A stretch of 64,000 nt of DNA from Macrostomum lignano (lineage: Eukaryota): positions 1-64,000 of the forward strand of contig NIVC01002373.1 in assembly GCA_002269645.1 (NCBI GenBank), written 5' to 3'. Position numbers and translations under genes: made by a program. The notes under the pieces were generated by a model. It saw only the letters and a program-made list of their open reading frames with translations. It ran no database searches and had not been told where the DNA came from. Below, piece after piece: positions 17,640-29,512 of this stretch. Each line of letters begins with the position of its first letter. The stretch's first letter is position 1.

Positions 17640-19190
17640 TAATTATGGACCTACAAACTGCAACACTTTGCTATTTTACGCCTGTCTAAAAAAGTCTGAC
17701 GGCACGTTCTATTCGCCTACGCTCGTGGCGTGGGAATTCACGCCGGTTCATATCGGCACTTTATGAAGCTTCGCTCCCTGGATATCATCAATGAGCCGCT
17801 ATTTCATTCTGCCAATCAAACATTGAAGCATGCCTGCAATGCTTTCTTGCGTCTTGGAGAGAGGGTCCAACAGGCGGAAGACCTGGCTAAACTTCGCAAG
17901 TATTTTGACCGGAGAAATCCAACTAAACTGCAAGATGAAGTTTATTTCAATGTACTATTTTATTTTGGTAATTGGGGCCGGGAATGGCTTAGAGGACTAA
18001 CTGCTACTTTTCCGAGAAGAGTCTCGCGGAGGAAGAGAAGCCATCATCGTTCTACAAGTTGGAACCAGCAAGAATGTCCACGGATCAATTGACATGAAGA
18101 AGAGCAAGCAAGCTATAATGGTGGAATTGGCAGACTGGAAATCTTGTCCCGTTTTCCCGTTTCGCCTGTAGTTTTAGCTGTGCCAAAAATAAAGCAAGTG
18201 CCTGGATGGAATGGATCAGATTTTTTCCTGCGACCGAGGCCGCGTGCAGGCTCCGATGGCCTGTGGTACACAAAACAGGCAATAGGCATCAATACGCTAG
18301 GACCCATGCTAAAGTGCATATCTGCTAGTGCCGAGATGTCGCGACCCTATACAGCGCATTGTGTACGGCCTACTGTAGTGACGGAGCTACACGAAGCTGG
18401 AACTCCGACAGAGACTATCGCGAAGGTGACTGGGCACAAGTTAATTTCCAAATTTACATTAGCTAATTAAAACAAATGGTGTCATATCCTAAATTATCTA
18501 AAAATCATCCATGTTCCATTATTGATTTGCAGACAAGTACATCGGTGGAAAGGTACATCAGGCAAGGAAGAAAGAGATCATGGCCAAGATGAGCAACCAC
18601 TTGACAGAGGCTCTCGCTGGGCATAGGCCATCAATTGAAAGAGCTAGCGGCAACGGGTCGGCCGAAATAGTGGAAATATCCGAGCAGCCTTAGGGCACAG
18701 CTTCTGCATTGCGAATTGCCGCACCGTCAAAAAAGCTGAAGATTGTAGCCGACGGTACCAACAACATTGTGCAATTTACTTTTGAGTAAGACCTCGACGC
18801 TCTGGCAAGTTGTGTATTTGACATTTGACGTTGCTTCTGTATTTTCTATAGTTGTGTCCCGATCGTTTTTGTACTAACTGTTGTCCTACCTAATTAAATA
18901 AGCATGTAAATGTGTCACCTCTCTCTGTTGGGTGTTTTAATGAAGTTCGGCCATAGACAATATCATTCCCGCACGATTTACATCATTCCCGCGCGCTGGC
19001 TCAAACAAGAATGCACTATGCGGAATTCTATCTATGGCAGCGAGAAGCAAGCAAGCAAGCAATGATAGATTGTGTATATGGTTTTGGAGGTAGACAATGA
19101 TAAATTTTTCACGAGTGGCGAAGCCACGAGTGACTAAAATTTATCATTGTCTATGACAAAACCATATACACAAACACATTGTCTCATGAA
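17640..19190 (+). mobile_element. Decayed Crypton-type DNA transposon (DUF3504-like tyrosine recombinase) with 3' inverted-repeat hairpin
   Basis: Across frameshifts: FYACLKKSDGTFYSP...GIHAGSYRHF...EVYFNVLFYFGNWGREWLR...GTSKNVHG...SCPV...LWYTKQAIGINTL...YTAHCVRPTVVTELHEAGTPTETIAKVTGHK|TSTSVERY. This matches the R-K-HxxR-H-Y tyrosine-recombinase arrangement, with the first R changed to W and in-frame TAG stops near 18170. Inverted repeat at 19071-19171. Confidence 0.8.
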
Positions 19191-19550
19191 TGTATTTTTA
19201 GAAGCCTAAAATAATGATTCCTAAGCGTGGAATAATGAGCGTACAGCATGACACAATGCTAGCCTGTGTGGCAAAGCTCGCAGTACGCGGCCAGTCGCTT
19301 CTCTGCAGACGGTGCGTCAAGCTCGCAGCCCTCCTTCCCAATACAAATCTCAATATAGAAACGGAAACGGAGATCGACCGACAGTTTGTCTGATTAGAGG
19401 TAAGTAGAAGATTGAAAAAATAAGATAGAACTGCTTTTCACTCTGACTCATTTAAAATCCCTAATCCTATAGAAAAGCGCACCAATTCAAGAGGCAAAAT
19501 GCCACTAGTAGAAGCAAATGTCTGACCTGCACCTTGCCCCCAATTCCCAG

Positions 19551-20344
19551 ATGCTGCTGCCAGCCTGGATCCGAGCGCCCCTCGCAGCACCCCTGCTGCT
19601 GCTGAGCCTGTGTGGTCCGTGCTCGAATTACCCTTTTAAAGACATCGCCATGCAGCAGCTGAAGACCGCCTGTGGCGCCTCGGGGGCGGGCGAACAGCTG
19701 AAGGCTTGGGAATTCTTTGACGAGGAGCTGGCGAGAGCGCTGAGCCTGGCGATGCACAAGGGCTGGGAGTTCTCCGCGTGCAAGGTGGCTACCGGCGGCA
19801 GGCAGCTGGAGCTGTTCTTCAGCAAGGACTCGGAATCTGCGGCAATGAGCTGCAGCTATGAAGTCTGGCCGGACTCCAAAATCGAGCTCATCTGCGCCTT
19901 TCCGCGCCTGGAGCTGTTTCCACAAGAACTGGCCGCTGCAGCCAGGGGCCTCCTGGATGAGAGCTGCCGGCGGAGTCTGGAGGAGCAGCAGCCGGGCGCG
20001 TCAACTGTGCTCACTCGCTGCCGAACTACTGATGAAAATGAGCTGGAGGGAGTCAAGGAAGTCGGGGACGTTCTCCAGTGCAGCACGGCCAAGCGGTTCG
20101 TGGGCAGCTTCAGGCTCAAGGCCTCGTGCGAAGCCCTGCCGGCGGTGAAGGACCTGCTATTTGGCAACAAAACCGGCAAAGGTATCGTTCTCAGAGCTTG
20201 CGGATCATTTTTACACCTCCCGTTTTGTTTCAACAAAATTGAGATGCCAAATAGAAACGTTTTACTAAGAAGTATTTTCCTCTGATGAAAGTAAACTTTG
20301 CGTTTTCAGGTGATCCGAAAGTCATGGTCAGTGAGATGATGTGA
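19551..20344 (+). CDS. Hypothetical secreted protein, possibly divergent cystatin-like fold, 2 exons
   Basis: ATG at 19551 directly after a pyrimidine-rich cccag; signal-like N-terminus MLLPAWIRAPLAAPLLLLSLCG; exons 19551-20181 (AAAG|gtatcg) and 20310-20344 (ttttcag|), phase 1. The fold guess rests only on the pattern helix-KVATGGRQLELFF...CSYEVWP...IELIC. Confidence 0.55.
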
Positions 20345-20594
20345 GCCTTCTCAGCGGCACAGCGGCAGCTGGGTCCACCCGGTCGGTCATCAGACTATTT
20401 ATTGATCAAAAATGTAACTCAATGCAACTCAATTCTCACGATCCACAAAATAATTTCTGAAAAGTAATTATTATCCGCTTAACTGCAAATTAGCCAAATT
20501 CAGAATGGCTCTTGCAAACTTTGAACCATCTCTATAATTAAAATACAACTGATGACCGAAAAACAGATTTGTTTTTTTCTCTTGTCTGAAGTGT

Positions 20595-20690
20595 AGAAGG
20601 ATGTAGGAGAATGTAAAAGGATGTAGGAGAATTTAAAAGGATGTAGGAGAATGTAAAAGGATGTAGGAGAATGTAGGAGGATTCAGAAGT
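20595..20690. repeat. 20 bp tandem repeat (aggatgtaggagaatgtaaa), ~4-5 copies
   Basis: Seen directly. Confidence 0.8.
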
Positions 20691-20813
20691 ATGCAGGGGT
20701 ATGTATTAGAATGTAAGGGGAATTATTCTTCTCTAGACAAAGTGTTTGCTGTCCTCTCTCTACTAATGGTCTTGAAGACCCAGCGACTTTGGCCTTAGGT
20801 TGCTGCCCCAATG

Positions 20814-21069
20814 CTACACCTTTTCACGTTCAATTTTGATCAAAGTCCAGTTCTAAAAAAACTAGCGGAAATTCAATTCAGACAATTCAGACAATTCAGA
20901 CAGCCCTTACGGAAAATCAATAAAAACAAATCCCAGTTCAAAACATTCTGCCATCGGAGCAAGGTTTAGCCATAGACAAAATTGTCCCCAGCCTGAATTG
21001 TCTGAAATGAATTTCCGCTAGTTTTTTTAGAACTGGACTTTGATCAAAATTCAACGTGAAAAGGCGTAG
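20814..21069. mobile_element. MITE-like element with ~70 bp terminal inverted repeats
   Basis: Left ctacaccttttcacgttcaattttgatcaaagtccagttctaaaaaaactagcggaaattca is the near-perfect reverse complement of right tgaatttccgctagtttttttagaactggactttgatcaaaattcaacgtgaaaaggcgtag. A TA target duplication is possible (20815-16 / 21067-68). Confidence 0.82.
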
Positions 21070-21096
21070 TAGGAACACGTTATAAGCGCATAGGTC

Positions 21097-21150
21097 AACA
21101 ACAACAATAAAAACAACAACAACATCAACAACAGCAACAACAACAACTGT
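21097..21150. repeat. Imperfect (CAA)n microsatellite
   Basis: Seen directly. Confidence 0.8.
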
Positions 21151-21279
21151 TGATTGAGGCGGAGCAGTGGTTTATTGGGTCGCGATAAAATCTGATACAT
21201 TGCTTCCACTCTGGTGCCTTAAGTTGACATGAGATATCCATTTATCCTATATTATCCCACTGGGGTCTCGTGAGACATA

Positions 21280-21473
21280 GGGCCGTATGCAGAAAGCTCT
21301 GTCTAGGGTAGTCCGGTCTTGAAAAGCTAGTCTGGACTTGGATTTGGTATGCAGAAACACAAAGTTAGACCGGTCTACTATTGACAGAACTAGGGTAGCT
21401 AGACCATAGACCATAGACTGAACTACCCAATTCCGGACTAGCTAGTCTGGACTAGGCTTTCTGCATACGGCCC
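21280..21473. mobile_element. PIF/Harbinger (Tourist-like) MITE, 194 bp
   Basis: Perfect 18 bp TIR gggccgtatgcagaaagc / gctttctgcatacggccc with a 3 bp ATA duplication on both sides (21277-79, 21474-76). GGGCC ends and a 3 bp AT-rich TSD fit PIF/Harbinger. Confidence 0.85.
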
Positions 21474-21978
21474 ATAGAGATGGGCTTTTCGATTATTCTG
21501 CACTCATTGCCGGTCCCATTCAGGCAAAGTTGGCATTCCTATTTCCGAAGAGGCGGTCTGTATTTTTTTATCTTTGGCTATTTTACTTTATTTCTTAGGA
21601 ATGTTTCCGGCTGGCATACTTAACGAATCTGTAGGACATGAGAAAATTCTCACAATTGCTACTCTACAGGAAGTTAGTCAAAGCATAGGTTAAAGTAACA
21701 AACTGATGCTTCATGTCTTCGAATTTTGCTTCATATTTTTCCAACAAAGCGGATAGTCTCCTGGCGTGAAAGCTTCACCTCCTGCGAAATTTGAGGATTT
21801 TCAAAGTGAATTAAAGCAACAATAACAGTAGTTAAGGTGAAGGAAAAATTTAGATGAGGCAGGGATGCTACAGCATCCCTATTATTATTTCAGACACGCT
21901 CGTACATCTGGGATCCACAATGGGAATCTGCAAGGCCAGCAAGAAAAATATTTTATTTGAATTTAATTTGTCTGAAAA

Positions 21979-24900
21979 TCACCTCACCTTCTCCAACAAG
22001 AGCCTGTCGGCGTGGGCATTCAGATAGGCTGCGGATTTCAATTTCCCAGACACTTTGGAAAGCTGCTCCGAGCTGGTGCAGGACAGAGCACAGAGCAGCA
22101 TCTCCTGGCCATCGGCGTCTTCGCGGTTCAAAACATCTTCCACCCACTTGTCGGCCATGACTCTGTTGGAGCTCAGCTCAAGCCGCAAAGTCTGCAGCAC
22201 TGCTTCAAAGTTGACATAGTAACAGTCGTAAGCAACGTGCTCCAGATTGATGATGCAGCAGCTGGACAATGGCTTCGGTAGGAACTTTAAAGTCGGAATC
22301 TCTTTGAACTCAAAGCAAAACTTCCAGGCCGAATCGCAAGACTTTAGATGCTTCCACACGAATCCAGGTGTGGCATCAGTGACGCGGCTCCGCTCTGGCC
22401 AGTCGATTCCTCTACTCACGCGAAACCACTCGCAGTTTGTGAGCACTTTTAAGGCAGAGTCAGACTGTTCAAACTTGAGGAAGGCCAGAGCCCTGAGGGC
22501 CTCTCGAGCTGAACGGGCGCACACGGGCAGCCTGCCAATCAGCTTCATCAGCGCTTCTTGGGATTCGGCACCGCAATCAGAGAAGCAAAGCTGGCAAATA
22601 CCTTCCCGCACTACATCATAGATCTGGTGATATTCTATGCTGCCTTTGCCTGACACCGGCTTGTGGTCCAGAATCGGAAGGATAAGGAACGGGTGGAATG
22701 CAAACCTGCCCGAAGCATCAGTGGGCTGCACGTAGTTCATCAAATCATTAAGGTGTTGGTGCAAGTTTTCCAGTACGTCCTTCAGCACATTTGCGATTTC
22801 CTGCGCGTCTCTGGAGTTGGCGCCCTTCAGGTAAATGGCAGCATCGCAGAGGAAAAAGTGTTCCATGACTTCTCCATCCTTGTTCGTCTCCCTTTTGTCC
22901 TGAATGGAGCTTTTCATCACGCTATTCAGCAGCATTTTCAGAGCGCGTCTCAGGAGCTTCACAAAGTTTTCCGGCTTCCATTCACTTTGTGCAGTTTCTT
23001 CCAGCATGCGAAAAGTGACCGTTTTCGCGTGATAAGCTTTCATGCCGTTTACCCTCGGGCAAATCACTTTCTTGACAAGATATTTCAGCGTGACAAACAG
23101 CTGGCCCTGTAGAGTTGTGAGACTTCGCAACAGCCTCCTTTCAATAAATGTGGTGCTCAAACGAAGTTCCTCGCCTCGCTTTGTGGGAGAGGCGGCGTGA
23201 ACTGCATGGCAGGGTGAGGATTCGAGTTCTTTTCTCAGTGCGTCAAGAACTTGCGACCGGATGTGCGACTTTGATGCTCGGTCCGGAAGCAGCGGTGCAA
23301 TTGAAGGGTAGCAGCAGAGGCGGCATGCGGGCACGTGATCAACAGATGGTCTCAGGGCTGTTCCGTGCGAAGTTTGAGCAGGGTTTGACGCTGAAGAAAA
23401 AAGTCGGTTTACTTTCAAAATTTTATATTAAAAATTTCATAAAGAAGTAAAAACTCAATCGTCCTTAATATCTGAAGTGATCTCTTATACTTTAAAAACA
23501 GATTTTTTTTGTCGAAAATTATTACTGACGTGTTTCGTTCCCCCTTAACATTGTGACTTGTCAATGATGATTGGATCGAAAAAGAGCGCATGCAGACTCA
23601 CACAAAAGTCAGGCACATCATTTTGTTAAATAGAAACATGCGTGAAGTAAAACCTTACCGAAGCCCTGCACAAAAATGTGGCCATTCCGGTATTCAACCG
23701 CATCGGATATTTTAACTTCTCGGCATTGACACCAGTCTCTGAGGTGGTACAGTCTGCCCAGAATCAGCTGCATGACGTCAATATCGGACTCGATATCCGT
23801 TCTGCCGTTAAGCGTCACCAGATTGTTGCCCCAGCCTTCTGAGTAGCTCCCGACGACAAATACAATGTTAAGATTGCCGATTCGCTTCTGCAAAATCTGC
23901 TGCAGGACGTCGCCCAGCGCGCTTTGCAGCGAAGCGCGGGAGTCAACAAAGCCCGCTTGACTGAGCCTTTTGTGCAGCTGCTTACTGAGCTTATCGTCCA
24001 CTGAATGCGTTTCCGAGTCACTGAATAGGGTGAGCGATTGCAGCTATTTGAGAACATTACCAAAGTTGCTTATGACCTTTTAAAGTGCGAAATATTGTAA
24101 ATTTAAATCTCAATTTTTAGTCACCCTTTTACTCAAAGATTCGATTTTGAGATTTTGAGATTGCCCTTGAGATTGCGCTACATAAATTTAAAAAGCGCCC
24201 ATGCAGTTTCTTACCGAGAACCCTCTTTGGGCTCCACTGACGTCACAGAAGGCCTCCCGCATGTTCTACTGGGACCCTCGGCTTCAGCTAGCAACTTTGC
24301 GATCCCTGAATGCCGATTCCGTGAGGCAATGTCAAGTGCCGACTCGCCGTTCTTTGTTAGCGTATTAGGTCAGCGCGCACCCTGACTAGCAAGTCAACGA
24401 TGCGGTAGTGACCGTTGTTTGATGCAATGTGAAGAGGAGTTAAGCCCATATCATTTTGAACATTAAAGTCGGCTTGTGCCATAATTAGTAGTTTTACGGT
24501 GTCAAGGTGGCCATTCTGGGATGCCATGAACAGTGGCGACGAGCCGGTGGACCTTAAGAGATTAGGATTGGCTTTCGATTTGATCAGAGACTCAACGATG
24601 CCAGTCCGACCGAATTGAGCTGCAAAAAGCAGCGATGTCGAGCCAGTGTCATTCTGAATGTCAACATCAGCCTGGGCTCTGATGAGAGCATTTGCAATTC
24701 GAAAATGGCCCATCTGCGACGCAGCCTGCAGAGGCGCAGTCCCCTTCATTGCCCGAAGGTTGACATCAGCTTGCTCTTTAATTAGCAAGTTAACAATGCG
24801 TTCGTGACCGCCTGTTGATGCGAGATATAGCGGAGACGAGCCCGTGGTTCGCTGAATGTTGAGACTTGCATTGGCATTGAGCAGAAATTTAGCCACCGTT

Positions 24901-25670
24901 TCGTGACCGAATTGCGACGCCAAGTGAAGTGCTGACGTTCCATCGATATCTTGAAGATCAACCGCAGCTCCTGCGTCTATCAGCAAACTCACGATTCGAG
25001 CGTGCCCTTGTTGGGCCGCAATGTGCAGCGGTGCAACACCGCGTTTTTGTTGACGATTGGCTTCAGCCTGTGCTTTGATTAGCAAGTCTGCCACATCGGC
25101 GTGACCGTTTTGAGATGCCATGTACAGAGGCGTCTCCCCACTGTCTCGCTGAATGTTCACGCGAGCTTGCGCATGAATCAGCGCTCTCACAATGCGATCG
25201 TGGTTGTTCTGCGCCGCTATGTAAATCGGCGACTCACCTATTTTGGTTTGAGGGTCCACGTCCGCCTTTGCTCTGAGAAGAAGTTCGACCACTCGGTCGA
25301 GGCCTTGCTGCGATGCAGTGTAAAGTGGCGATACTCCCTTCCATTGCTGGATGTCGACATCGGCCTGCGCTCTGATCAGTAAGGCCAGAATTCCGTCACG
25401 CCCGTTGTGTGCTGCAATGAAGACGGGTGAGCAGCCGTCACCTCGTTGAACATTGACGTCCACTTGGTTGGCGATAAACCTGCTCACTGCTGCTTCGTCT
25501 CCGATTTCACAAGCAATGTGCATTGGCGTTGTGCACCCGCCTAACACTAAAATTGGTCGACCACCGTCCGGTTCCCTGCCCAGTAGCCGGCGAAGTTCTC
25601 GAAAATTTCTTGCTAGCACTGCTTCTGCGTATTCTGCGTCCTCATCAGAGCGTAGAAATGGCTGCATCAT
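21979..25670 (-). CDS. Ankyrin-repeat (13x) + Mab-21/cGAS-like nucleotidyltransferase (cGLR) fusion protein; one 1-bp frameshift
   Basis: Exons (minus): 25670-24215 (ANK repeats, -1 frameshift at 24368-69, donor TCTCG|gtaag), 24020-23659 (acceptor cctattcag|, phase 2; VVGSYSEG...ESDIDVM), 23390-21979 (phase 1; SVDHVPA, LRLSTTFIERRLL, LFVTLKYLVK, KAYHAKTVTF, MEHFFL). The NTase GS...DxD...D signature is intact. Confidence 0.85.
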
Positions 25671-25944
25671 TACAGCGATGATAGAACTCAGGAACCGCTG
25701 AAGCATTGTTTATCAAACCGAGAATTTTGTGAATCACCCGATGTTGTGAAGTTTCTGAAATGAATTACAGCAATTCTCCTCATTGTTGTTGCATTGTCAG
25801 TGGCACAATGATTTCATCTCAGGTCTGCTGCCCTTTTTACTTGAAGTAGCATAGGTAGCTGGAACTGATCCTGATTTATTAAGTTGGATTTCGGATTTAA
25901 GTTTTCGTAGCATTGTAACTGCATCTGCTTCCAAGAATATGAGT

Positions 25945-26058
25945 GAGTGAGTGAGTGAGTGAGTGGGTGAGTGAGTGAGTGAGTGAGTGAGTGAGTGAGT
26001 GGGTGAGTGAGTGAGTGAGTGAGTGAGTGAGTGAGTGAGTGAGTGAGTGGGTGAGTGA
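25945..26058. repeat. (GAGT)n microsatellite
   Basis: Seen directly; probably in a 5' UTR intron of the ANK-cGLR gene (minus-strand donor CGG|gtaagt at 26137, acceptor cttcag| at 25698). Confidence 0.93.
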
Positions 26059-26512
26059 ATTAGGAGAAAATGTAAATCACAGAGTTAGAAGAGCATGCTT
26101 CGCACCCAGAAAATAGCTAAAGTACGAGCGTACTTACCCGATGCAAAGTCTGTGCAGTATTGCTGTACCAGTGGCAGTGGCAGAGTAGTTGGTCACACGG
26201 AAGAGAACAGCTCGCGCCTGACCAAGGGAAGCAGCAGTTTAATTTAATGCCAGACTGGAGTCAGGATAAACAGAAACCCCAAATATCACACTATGAGGCG
26301 GATAAGTGCCCAAAATGAGCACTGGAATTATTTTGCGTAAGTGAGTGCATTCACCCTCGTAGCCGGAACGCTTGTAGACTACGTATGTAAAAAAGCAGTT
26401 GGTTTTCCTGCACCAAGGACAGGCAAGCTGAGATCGCCAATCGGCTCTCGCCCCGTCCACTCCCCCGCCTTAACGCTCACGTAGCTAAGCCATATGGGTG
26501 AATCACAGAGTC

Positions 26513-28146
26513 AATCCTAAACCGCACTGTACACTTAGAAGTTTGTTTTTTACAGTGAGACAACCACCCCAACCTTAACTTCTCCTTCCCTATCTGGCAA
26601 ATCTGTACATTGGTTTAAGGATTGACTGAATTCGGCTGTCAAAATTTTGTTCCACGTAAAATGATTAACTCTAAGCAAAATCCTTCATTGACTTATCCTA
26701 GCTCTGTCTGAATTTAGCAAAAGTCTCAACTCTATAACTCAATCAGAACGGAAACTGTAGGCATGTGAAGTTTGTCTGCTTTTTCTGGTGTTTTTGCAGT
26801 TCACTCATTCCCCCAGAACAGGGGACAGAGCTAACCGGTAGTGTACACGTAAATGTAGTGTGTTTAGAATGACGAGCTTATCTGCGGCAGGCATTCTCTG
26901 CATTGCCCAATGGACAGGCTACGGGTAGGACAGGTTGGTGAGAAATTTTGGTGCTTTGAACCATGCACTGTCCTACAATCTGAACAGGCCCAACTCTGCC
27001 GTTCAACAGTGGATGAGGAAGACGGCAATCAAAAAGACTTGTAAAAGCGAAAAAAATATGAAAAAGCTATCGATACAATCCTACTGACTTTGACACACCA
27101 AATGGAAATTGTAACACTAAGTTTTACTTAAAGCCACTTTAGAATTTAAACACCCGAAGAAGAGCGCATTAAGTTGTTTGGCTGCTGCAGCTAGACAATC
27201 CAGATCTGCAAGGCAGAACAACGCGGCTGAAGCAGGAACATCACAGAACAGAGGAAGCAGACAACACATCGGGGGCCAGGTAGAGTGCAAGTGCGGCAGA
27301 AGGAGAGCAAACCCAGAATTGAAGCCTTCGACCACAGACAAAATCAATGATTGAAGAGCATGAAAGTCCTGTTTCGACCATAGACAATTCATGCAGCTGC
27401 CATTAACATAAATTCTCGCTTCATATTAACCTGCCAATTAACCTTCATATCGACACCAGCAGCTGCCGCCAACAGTTCCAATCACCGAATCCAGTGGAGC
27501 TGGAGATACACAGATTCCCATCAGGGCTGCAAATTGGTCAGAAAGACCGTGTGAAGTCGCAATGGCCAACTTTATGTTGCATGCTCATGCGTTGGAACTG
27601 CAGCTGGCCTCTTCATCTTTGCTCCCAGGGGAGAACGAGGAATTTGGTACATCCTACCAGGTAGCTACCAAGTCCCCCAATTTGATAATTCTTCTTACTT
27701 TCTTGCCAGAATGGACCCACCCCAGCACAACAAACTCGAACAAAAAAATTTTTGTTGCTAATCAATTCTGGAACAAGAATCAAGTCGCCGTCCCTCCAGA
27801 CTTGGTCCAGAAGATTTTATTTCCTCATTGGTTTTGCAGATGTTCTGCATACGATGTCTCAGTACCTAGCTTGTACTCTGCCTATTTTCTCTAGAATACT
27901 TAAACACTAGAATTAATTATCTCTTTTACTTGGTCCTTTAGATCGACAGAAATCGCTATCGCTTTTTTATTATATTTTATTTATAAAATATCCAGTTGGA
28001 TTGCTGTCCAGATGCTGTAAGTGTTTGCGTATGTACTTTGGAACTTTCTCCAAGTTTCCTACGTCCATCCCAACTGTTAACAAGTTTTTGTTTTAAGCAA
28101 GACTTCAAATTTAAGAATGTCTATTTGACTCAAAATCCGCGGCCTT
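26513..28146 (+). mobile_element. Diverged partial copy of the interspersed repeat at 37878-40510 (probable non-autonomous Helitron)
   Basis: Collinear shared blocks: gcatgtgaagtttgtctgctttt (26761/38458), cactcattcccccaga (~26802/38499), cagggctgcaaatt (~27523/38948), ttaacaagtttttgttt (~28077/40405), caaaatccgcgg (28131/40486). Confidence 0.7.
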
Positions 28147-29512
28147 GATTAATGCAACTTTAAGCAAATGCGATTTACCCAATGGATTCATAAATATTTC
28201 ATTAAAATAACGCACAGTTGTCAGCAACGTACCACTTTCGGAGACCCAGCGGAAACCCGGCCTGTACTGTGCAGCTGATAAAACAGAGTTATCACCGGTT
28301 TGTCTTGGCTCTTGCTGCCACAAGCAAAATAATTATAGCCAAATAGTAATAGATGCGATGCTTTAGTTTCTCTCAACTCGCAGAGCAGATGAGGTGGGCT
28401 CGCTTTTCTGTCCTTGGAAAAAGGTACTTAGGTGGTTTCGGCTAGACTAGAAGCTGCACAAGTAGGCGAGGATGTCTTTTAGAGACGAAATATTAATATG
28501 CTCTTCAGTACGTTACGTATCGGAGACATTGGGTGGCCACTCACTCAGCTGGGCTTAAATATGAAGGAAGGTTGGGGCGGCTATTCACCTAGACAGCATA
28601 GGCCCGGCAATGCCTGCTAGTATAAGCGAGATAATTATGAGTATGCTCTGAGTACAGTCTCTTGGCAAGGTTCTCAATTAATAATCACTGAGACCAGAGT
28701 GGGATCTGGCACCATGGGCGCCAGCCGCGAACTGGGATCTGGAAGAAAATGGCATGCAATAGCAGATGCGCACCAAAGATCATATACAAATTTATATATT
28801 ATATAATTTCTATATATGTACAATACAATACAATATAAGATCGTATACTCAACATAAGATCTATGAAGCGCACAGCAATAAAATAAAATTTAATTCAACA
28901 AGTGTCTCTGATGGCACAAATCCCAATTCCAGGAAATTAACTGTCCTAAAGAAATCACAAGGAGATAGGGAGAAGGCGCCCGATGCACAGATAATTATGG
29001 GCGTATTTATCGGGCAATCAGTTTTCGGGATATCGACCAATCAGCCTTAAAGGTTGGTCAAATAACGTAGGAGAAATATTCTACAAGGGCAGCAGAAAAG
29101 GGCAGGAGAGGATGCAATACCACAAGATCACTGATTCAATAAAAATATTTCTTAAAAGTTTAAGATTCGCTGAACATTTCAGTCTGTCAGCAGTAAAAGG
29201 ACAGAAAGGTCGCTCAAAACTTCACTGCCCTGCTTCGTCCAGCCGTGGGCAGCAGAAAACTGGAGCGGCCACGCAGCAGCGGACCAGGTGGCCCACAGGG
29301 TCTTTCGGTAGCAGGTCGGCTACGTGGGCCCACGCCATCTGGTCCGCTGGTCCGCCCACGCCCACGCCATCCGCCCACGCCATCAGGCAATGCCATCTCG
29401 ATCTCGCCTCTATAAGTTTCGCACACGCAAGCTAAAGAACTCAAGTTGGTTACCCCTGAGTCTCGTAGCCAATATGATTATTATTTAATATTGTTATAAT
29501 GCGAGCTAATTA

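Noticed and set aside
21860-21927. Possible extra last exon of the cGLR gene (AAG|gtgagg at 21988, acceptor at 21928)
   Set aside because: Phase-compatible, but the unspliced frame already ends in a stop three codons later; cannot be decided without transcripts.
23618-24001. Stand-alone 127 aa gene starting MDDK
   Set aside because: The listed start is GTG with no ATG; the segment is an internal exon of the ANK-cGLR gene.
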